DNA of 64,000 bases from Styela clava (lineage: Eukaryota), in the NCBI RefSeq assembly GCF_964204865.1, contig NC_135252.1, positions 14,074,001-14,138,000 of the forward strand. The letters run 5' to 3'. Positions 55,825-64,000 of the stretch are shown here, piece after piece. The stretch's first letter is position 1. Each line of letters starts with the position of its first letter. Below the pieces are notes generated by a model. That model searched no databases, was not told the DNA's origin, and saw only the letters and a list, made by a program, of their open reading frames with translations. The position numbers and the translations under genes are program-made.

Positions 55825-56240
55825 CTATTCAAAATCAAAGAACGGATCTTCATCTGTTAAATTAAAAATTTGTTTTTGTAATTTATATATATTTCCAATG
55901 CAATGTAATGATGATTTGATTCAAATGCTTCGCTGATATAAGTTGAATAAATCGGGCAGCAAAGAACTTAATATTGCGGTCTTACCTAATATAATTGATC
56001 CTTTCCTTCGTACGTCCGTGGGCCACCACGATGGAGGCGCTGAGTCTATTCTGAAAGTGAATTATAAAATTGTACATAATAATTTAAAATTTTCTTTACA
56101 TTCCACTATCTTGAACTAACTTTCAATTTTACTAACCTTGAACTCCGGCCTTTTTCAGGCTCTGAGGCTGAGATTAGGACGATACTAGATATCAAACAAA
56201 ACAATAGAAAAATTGCTTTAACTAATCCCGCAATCATCAT
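55825..56240 (-). CDS. Small secreted prepropeptide A (65 aa), family not recognised
   Basis: Exons 56240-56137, 56050-55986, 55853-55825 (GT-AG, intron phases 2 and 1) give MMIAGLVKAIFLLFCLISSIVLISA SEPEKGRSSR IDSAPPSWWPTDV RRKG SIILDEDPFFDFE*. Splice sites and frame are conserved with paralog B, and length differences are multiples of 3. Confidence 0.85.
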
Positions 56241-56340
56241 GAAAAAATTAGAATTTTTAAGATTCAAATGATTATTCTAAATACTTCTGTCGTGAGTGTT
56301 GGCGCCGAGAATATGATTCAATTTTATGTACGATTTGCTG

Positions 56341-56346
56341 TTTATA
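56341..56346 (-). promoter_or_regulatory. Candidate TATA box of prepropeptide gene A
   Basis: TATAAA on the minus strand about 100 bp upstream of the ATG; also present at the homologous position in gene B (58486-58491). The AT-rich background weakens the call. Confidence 0.4.
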
Positions 56347-56735
56347 GAAAATCGCATCCCCGTCATATGGTTCGCCACCAGTCTCCGACGGAAAAAAAAT
56401 CTAAATTTGCTGATGTTGTATTTTTATAATGAACCGCATTGATAAGTTATATTTATATTGTGTTTGATTCAATGTCATTAAGCTGGGAGGATTTAAACCA
56501 CACCTACTGTAGAAAATGCACAAGCTTCACAGAATTTTCAAGGTAACTTCTGATGGCACGAAGCGTCTAATAAGACCATTTGCATGGTTTAAATATAGAA
56601 ATGTTTCAAACTGAAGAATTAAGTCCCATGTCACATTGCCGAATTGAAGTGCAGTAGAAACTGGTTTCATATTAAGAAACTGTTAACAATTCAGACGTTA
56701 CTCATAATTCCAAATGTATTACCTAATAACTGTCT

Positions 56736-57028
56736 TGTTAGGTACACCACCAGAACGTGTACCCTCAAAAACTGGTACCTAAACGCCGTTCCCGAATGGC
56801 TTTTCCAGTATGACTGTACCCAGCCTGCTGTCACTGTGCCAAGGTGATATTCCCTTTGGTCGTTGCTATGCTGTTTGCTGCCCATGGTTACCCCTCTCGT
56901 ACTTGACGGTGCCCAGAGTCTCTTTTCTGTAACAAATTTGGTTTTTGGACTTGATATTTGATATATTAATTTATATATTGTTCGTCTTATTTCTATTAAA
57001 CTTGTATCAAAGTTAGACTCCTATCACA
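56736..57028 (+). mobile_element. Possible solo LTR upstream of prepropeptide gene A
   Basis: TG..CA ends (tgttagg / cctatcaca), GC-richer body, ATTAAA about 30 bp before the 3' end, located in the segment absent from unit B; no convincing TSD. Confidence 0.35.
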
Positions 57029-57940
57029 GGTATCGCTGATCAATAACCAACTTTGGTTTTTCGCGTCACCTTTCACCATGAAATGTCATTTTCAACTTTT
57101 TTTATGTTCACTGTGAGTGCATTTTCATTTTGGTGAAAAATAAACTACTGACTGACTATTTTCCTTTTTAAACTAAAAATAAACATTTAACGTCATCAAT
57201 TACACGATGATTAAGAGATAAATACGCCAAGGCAAATATTTAAAACAGAAAGATTCTATATTTGAGTACATGAGCATAAAACAATCTAAACATAATTTAC
57301 TTGAACTAAATCTATGTAAAACTAAATTGATGTTCAAATTTCCAGGATAAACACAGACTCAGAAAATTTACATTAGTACAAGGAAAATGAATAATATTTT
57401 GCCCACTCTAGGATGGTGGCGCTGTATGTGACAAATTAATTCATTGTTGTCAGAGTGTATTTATTATATAAAGACTCGCAACGGACAAACGATAACAAAA
57501 TCAGTCAAAATTTAACATGGATTGCAAAGCATCAATACACATTACCGACACTGATCTACGCATCATGCGAGAACAGCACTCTCATGAGCACAAATATCAT
57601 ACCCACAAAGAAAACAAATTGTGCGTCGAGATATAGGTTTAATTTATAAATGCAAAATTATTTCGCACAAATGTAGAAATAATATACAAAAACGAAACGG
57701 CAAATATTTGTAGATCTTAAATACACTATATAAGCATTATGAGCTAACATTTTCAGTTCGTCAAAAAAGTTGTCACAACTGTCAGAAAGTTCTTGTGGGG
57801 TTTCTGGATGTTATAAATAGTGTAAATTTGTTTATATCAGATAAAATAATCGTTGTCATAAAATTAAATATCGTATTGTCATATTTTTCATGTAGCAAGA
57901 ACGTTGTATATTTTCCGGGAGTGAACAGCGATTTCAGTCA

Positions 57941-58360
57941 CTATTCAAAATCGAAGAACGGATCTTCATCTGTAAAATTAAGGAAAGTTGTTTTTGCAAT
58001 ATATATATATAAATATAAGGCCATATAATGATTATTGGATTCAAATGCTTGACTGATTCAAGTTAAATAAAGCCGGCAGCAATAAACCTAATATTACCTA
58101 ATATAATTGATCTTTTTCTTCGTCCCCACGATGAGTTCGGTGGAGACGTTGAGTCCACTCTAAATGTGAATTATACATATTAAATACATATACGTTATTT
58201 TACATTATAATTTGAAAATTTTCTTTACATTGCGCTATCTTAAACTAAGTTTTAAGTTTACTAACCTTGACTCGCGGGGCCCATAGGCTGAGATCAACAC
58301 GATGGTAGATAGCAAGCAAAATAATAGAAATATTACTTTAACTAATCTCGCAATCATCAT
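57941..58360 (-). CDS. Small secreted prepropeptide B (61 aa), paralog of A, with predicted Trp-amide core
   Basis: Exons 58360-58266, 58159-58098, 57969-57941 give MMIARLVKVIFLLFCLLSTIVLISA YGPRESR VDSTSPPNSSW G RRKR SIILDEDPFFDFE*. G-RRKR is an amidation Gly followed by a furin consensus site. Confidence 0.85.
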
Positions 58361-59983
58361 GAAAAAATCAGATTTTTCCGGATTCAAATGAATATTCCAC
58401 TGAAACCTGAAACACTTTTGTCAAATCCTTTTTCCGTGAATGTTGACAACGAGAATATGATTCAATATTACGTACGATTTTTCGTTTTATAAAAAAATTC
58501 TCTCCGTCGGATGGTTCGGTACCAGTCTCCAAAAAAAAAAAAACTAAATTTGCTGATGCTGTATTTATATAATAATCCACAATAGATAAGATATATTTCA
58601 ATTGTGTATTCATTCAATGTCATTAGGCAGGGAGAAATTGTATTCAAACCACACCTACTGTAGAAAATGCACAATTTTCACAGTCATTTCAAGGTAACGT
58701 GTGATGGCACGAAGCGTCCAATAAGAACATTTGCATGGTTTAAATATAAAAATGTTTCAAAACTAAAAATTTATTGTTTTTTAAATTAAACATAAACATT
58801 TAACGTCACTAATTACAATATAATTAAGAGATGTAGACGTCAGAACAAATATTGAAAACAGGAAGATTTGAGTGCATGAGCTAAAACAATCAAAATATAA
58901 ATGGGAAATTATATCAGGCACTCATTGTCTAACATAAATGTGAAAACAAACAAATCCGTCAACGCAAAACTAATAAAAAATTAGTCAGTATTTTTGTCAC
59001 AGACTCTCATTACTTCGTTGTTTACATAACAATGATTTAAAGTAAACAACTTACTTATTATTGGACACGAAATGGACCTATGGATCGTTTTATTATTAGA
59101 CTGTTGTTCTTGTTGATATTTTCCTTCTTGTTGTGATCGTATGAAAAAATTCCCGATATCATATAATGCTAATCTAAATTTTGGTATATATATATATATA
59201 TAGTACAACCCATCTATTATATAAACTATTCAGGTTTTCTGTTTACCATTTTTGGTCGTACTTTGGACATTAATGTAAATGAACATGAGGGTTTCGTAAA
59301 ACTTATCATCATTCTGATTTAAATTGGCTGTAAACATGGGCACGAAAGTCAAATGACTATGATACAACGCAATGTAAACAAATTTCAACTGAATTTTAAT
59401 TGAATTGTCTCTATTTTCATATGAAGGTATGTCTAAGAATTAAAAAAGGCAAACTTTGGGGTGAAATAACTCACAGGAAATTGATAAAAAAATCAAGGTA
59501 TCTGTACTCACTATAACTAATACAACTAATATATGCAAAATCATCTTTTTGTCCATCTTGTCATTTTAAAAAAGATGAGTCTTGATTCCGAGTTGATAAT
59601 TTTGCTATCGCACCACAATGCTACATCTCTGTGACCTTTCTATAATGTAGACACATTGTTAAGCCCGAGTCCTACGGCGCATTTATAAATAGAAATATAT
59701 ATATAACTTTAGCTTGCGCCCTAGAAATAGATCTGAAGTCACAAATAGATTATAAGTTACTAACTATAGCAGTATAACTACCAGTTCAAAACACAACTCA
59801 ATTTCCATGTCATATAAATCATTATGGGGTTTAGAATGAAATGAATCTAAAAATGAAAATGAATGCGATGTACTAACATTTTCAATTGAAAAGTGCTGGA
59901 AAGTATGATATAATTTGAAGTTCAGCATATTCTTACGGTGGTGTTAGCTTTTCGTGGTTTGATTTTATGTTTATTTATTGTTT

Positions 59984-62900
59984 ATTTAAAGCTATCCCGG
60001 CTGTCTTCATTGACCATATTGTCATCGACATTTAATGCGCATATTCTCTTTCCAAATAACGGGTTCAGTTCAAAAAATGGAAAGGAATTGACGTTAACGA
60101 TACCGGTACAAATAATTCGAATTTAGACTAAATAGTATTGGTTTTACATGCGATACGTTTTCTAACAATGTTAGCGAGAAACAACGAAACAAACGCATTT
60201 ACCTACCCAAAGCGGGACTTTTGGCTGACATGTCGGGACGGCGGGACAAGACGCTAAAAAGCAGGACTGTCTCGCCTAAAGCGGGACGTATGGTAAGCCT
60301 ACGTATAAATACAGTGCAATCAGGCAGCTAACTATCGCATTAGTAAAGTAGTCTTACTCTTCATTATGAAGCAAATTTTCTGTTGGGAAGGGGCGTGTCC
60401 CACGGTAAGTCTATACCAGTATTGCAGCTCAGCAATTCCATCGGATCCCATAAGTCTTTGTATTCAATGTAGAAAAATTTACATGCAAATGGTAAGAAGC
60501 AAAGGTTGCAAAAACAGGATATTGATAGGCATATATGTTCGACTGCAAATCGAAATTAACCGTGTTTCAATGTTTTATAAAGAAATTATTAGTTGTGTGT
60601 CATGCTGTAATTGCCTCATCGTTTTTGATAAGACCCTGAGTTGGTATAGTTATATTTAAAAGCAGAATATCCAATCAAATGAACGTTTTGGATGCATGAG
60701 CATGCCTGATTGGTAGAAATGGCGACTGTTAGATTTTAAAATAATCATCGTGTTACGAATATTGGAAAAAACAATCGTGCTAATCGTAGGGTTAACTAAC
60801 ATAACTTTATTTTGGATAAAAGCGTTTTAGTCTTTAGGTAATTTATAAAACACGTTTCTGTTACAATTATGGCCATTTATTGGAGGAATCTCAAAATCAA
60901 ACAATAAAGAATTGGACAGTAATGTTTCTATTTACGCAACTTTGTTTGAAATCTTTCATACATCCGCATATTTCGTATTAATTTGAAACGTACACTGTGA
61001 TTGATGAGCTTTACTTCGAGGCTTTGGGCCAGATTGCCTCATTTTTCTATTCTGCAAGGTGCTGTTGTAGAATCTTCTTCCTTCACACTGCATTGTTCAA
61101 ATACTCAGTATCGTTTTCTAGTCGCCATTACATTGCACACGATCCACAGCACAATTAAACAATTTGAAGCAACTGGGTTTCTTCAATGGTACGAGCCACA
61201 GCAAATGCAATGTAACAATGTTGAATAAGAGATGAAAGCTATTATTTTGGCATCATCATGGGAGTTCTCTGAAGACTTGAATGGACTTGTTTAAAACACA
61301 GTTAGGCTAATCGACACGATTTTAACAATCGCATCGGATTTGAAATTTTTCCTATTGACACGATTAACGATTAGAAACCATTAATTACAGATATGAAGAC
61401 TTCGCTGAATGAATGGGGCGCGGAGAAATGGGCATTAACAGAGAACCGTTAAAAATAAGTATGAAGCAAGTAACGTTTATACTCATTTTTCTCAAAAAAA
61501 TGAATTTAATTATGAGCAGATACATGCGACAAAACATAACAGTCGAGCTCATTATTTATTTTTTACTGAACGCCGGAGTTTCCGATACCATTAAATGTTA
61601 ATTTGCATTTTGGTATAGTGAAAGTTTACAATTTATCTATTATATAAACTATTTAGATTTTATGTTTAGCAATTTTGGTCATATGAACATGAGCGTTTCG
61701 CAAAACAGAAAGAACAGAAAAATTCGAGGTGAAATATCGCGCCAAGTATAAAATTAAAAAATATAATCATGACAATACCCTTCCAGTGACTTCGCCTATC
61801 TTAGAGTAATGAAAATTTGAAAATTGATCTCCTCGAATGCCTAGCAAGATAACTGTGTTGGCCTACTATTACTATGTACAAAATGGGCTTTTTATTCATC
61901 TTGTCATTCAGAAAAGGATGAGACTTTTTTATATATTTCTAAACGGATTTTAATTGTTATTGCAAATGCACATCCAAAAGTTTAATTCCGAGTTAATAAT
62001 TTTGTTATCGCACTATGATGCTACATCTCTGTGACCTTTCTATGATTTTGTTTACGCCCTAGTGATCAGTATTGTACTTGATCAAAGTATGGTATAATAT
62101 GTATACATTTTAACACATGCCCTCTGAACTATACAATAAATCTGATTTAAAGTGTCGAATAGGGGAAAATTTCTCTTTATATTTATCAGCCGACTCATTT
62201 TTGTCTTTATTTTATAATTTCATATTGAAATAATCCATACTGACAGTTTGATCACAGAGTAAATAAAATGGTCAGGAGCCTCGGTGACCTGTAAAGGTCT
62301 TGCATACTGACCAACACGATTCAATGTTTAATTATTAACTGCACTGTATTTCTATAAAAATTGGTACTATTGCCCTTTTTTAACATTGTTTTATGTAAAT
62401 AAAATCTCTCTCTCTCTCTCTCTAGTCCTACGGCGCATTTATAAATAGAGAGATGGGACTTTAGCTCGCGCCACAGAAAAAGATCTGGAGCCACAGATAT
62501 ACGTTACTAACTATACAACCAGTTAAAAACAAAACTCAATTCCCTTGTGATGTAAGCCATTAATGTTCTAGAATGAAACAAATCCTGTTAATTTTGTAGT
62601 TCGGCCGTTAGCACAGTTGATCATCATACACGTTTGGCACGATGCAAATAAATAAATTTCTCTGATAAATTTAATGAAATGATTATATTTAGTCAACAAA
62701 TATATTTTAAAATTCGTCTGATGTCGCTAATTTTTTTAAAATTTCGAAAATGGATGAAATCGTGTGTTGTTCATTGAACTGGAACAACGAACGAACATTC
62801 AATGAGGTCCGTACTTGGTATTAAAATCCTCATTTCACGCTATTCCAAAACTTCGTGTGCGTCAAGTTCATATCAAATATTATGAACTAAATTGCCTTCG

Positions 62901-64000
62901 AGACGAGTTCATGGTTATTTGCATTTTACTTTGACTCGTATAAGTCTTTTTCCCAGATTATTATATCCCAAAATGTATGCGGTAGCCGACACATAACTTG
63001 CAAAAAAATCGGACGATGTCACCACAACTATAAGGAAACATAAAATCAAACCACGAGAAGCTAACAACAAACGTAATAATATGCTGAAATTCAAATACAT
63101 AACTTACTTTTTAGCACTTTTCAAATAAAAATGTTAGTACATCGCATTCACTTTCATTTTAGGAGATTAACATGGTGATAAGATAATTGTGGAAGCCGTT
63201 CGGATAAATGTCGCGATATAAATTTGATAAACAGGTCATATCTTTTTTACGTTGTCCAAAACACAACACCAGCTCTTCTCATATTTAAGTTATACATTGA
63301 CAATTCTCATTCTTCGACAAGAATACTTGAAAAAATATACCTCATGACAACGAATAAAAATGTAATAACTTTTAGTTTTATGTTTCTCGTTTACGAAGAG
63401 GCTTTCTACAATGCCAGTTTTTCGCTTTGTAAATTTTTTAAGGTTGGTATCAACTTTCAGAAGTCATGCGATAAATGTTTCAGCTGTTTTAATCTGATAA
63501 TCAATCTTCAGATGATAGTTGTACGGGCATGAAATAAAACAACACAGACAATTGGTTTTACTAATCGTGCAGTCGTCGCGAATGATTCAGAATTTCTACG
63601 ATTTGAACAAAGTTTGTTTTATTTCAACTGAAATGTCTTGTTTAAACACTTTTGCAATGGTAGTGTAACATATTCGTAAGAACAATCTATTTTGACACCA
63701 TGTTTGAAATTTTGTATTAATATAGATGTCTAATATTCTCTCGTGGGCATGAAAGTAAACATAGGAATAGGCTTAACACAATAATAAAGAAAGTGATCGA
63801 AAAAAGATTCATATTTTTATCGTGTTTTTTTTTCATAATTATATTTTTATCAGTAATTGCTGAATTTAAGACACCAAAAATAAATCTGCCTAAATTTTTA
63901 ATTGATCATTTTACGTCAAACCTTGACGTCCTGAACGTCTATTGTTAACATTGCGTCTCATGCAGTAAGCTTTAGGAACAACAACTTGTTGATATTTCAT
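59984..64000 (+). repeat. Segmental duplication, copy 2 (runs off the window end)
   Basis: Matches 50646-54513. It begins inside the Blackjack-like MITE and has extra segments at about 62277-62340 and 63140-63280. Confidence 0.95.

Larger units (their letters stand above)
55190..58900. repeat. Older tandem duplication: unit A about 55190-57300 and unit B about 57340-58900, each with one peptide-precursor gene
   Basis: Colinear homology across 3' flank, exons, introns and upstream region (e.g. cacacctactgtagaaaatgcacaa and tgatggcacgaagcgtc in both); unit A has about 550 bp extra at 56612-57165. Confidence 0.9.

Overview
AT-rich, intron-dense animal genomic DNA; an invertebrate chordate such as an ascidian is plausible but is only an inference. 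Hand-splicing gives: (1) the last 9 coding exons of STAM (+, 155-4625); (2) a complete 18-exon STT3B oligosaccharyltransferase gene (+, 11170-26552, 810 aa); (3) a 25-exon ZNF598/Hel2-like RING and zinc-finger E3 ligase gene (-, 30886-47292, about 922 aa). Its C-terminal half appears non-canonical, with two mutually homologous cold-shock/OB-fold-like domains and an unrecognised tail. (4) Two tandem 3-exon genes absent from the ORF track (-, 55825-56240 and 57941-58360) encode 65- and 61-aa secreted precursors: conserved signal peptide, hypervariable Trp/Pro-containing core, RRK(R/G) site and an invariant acidic tail SIILDEDPFFDFE. They lie between two near-identical copies of a block of at least 3.9 kb spaced about 9.3 kb apart, so more copies may follow the window. 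Introns and intergenic DNA carry a tRNA-derived SINE family, hAT- and Tc1/mariner-type MITEs, palindromic MITEs, Helentron-like fragments and a higher-order minisatellite. All gene models were derived by eye and need transcript support.
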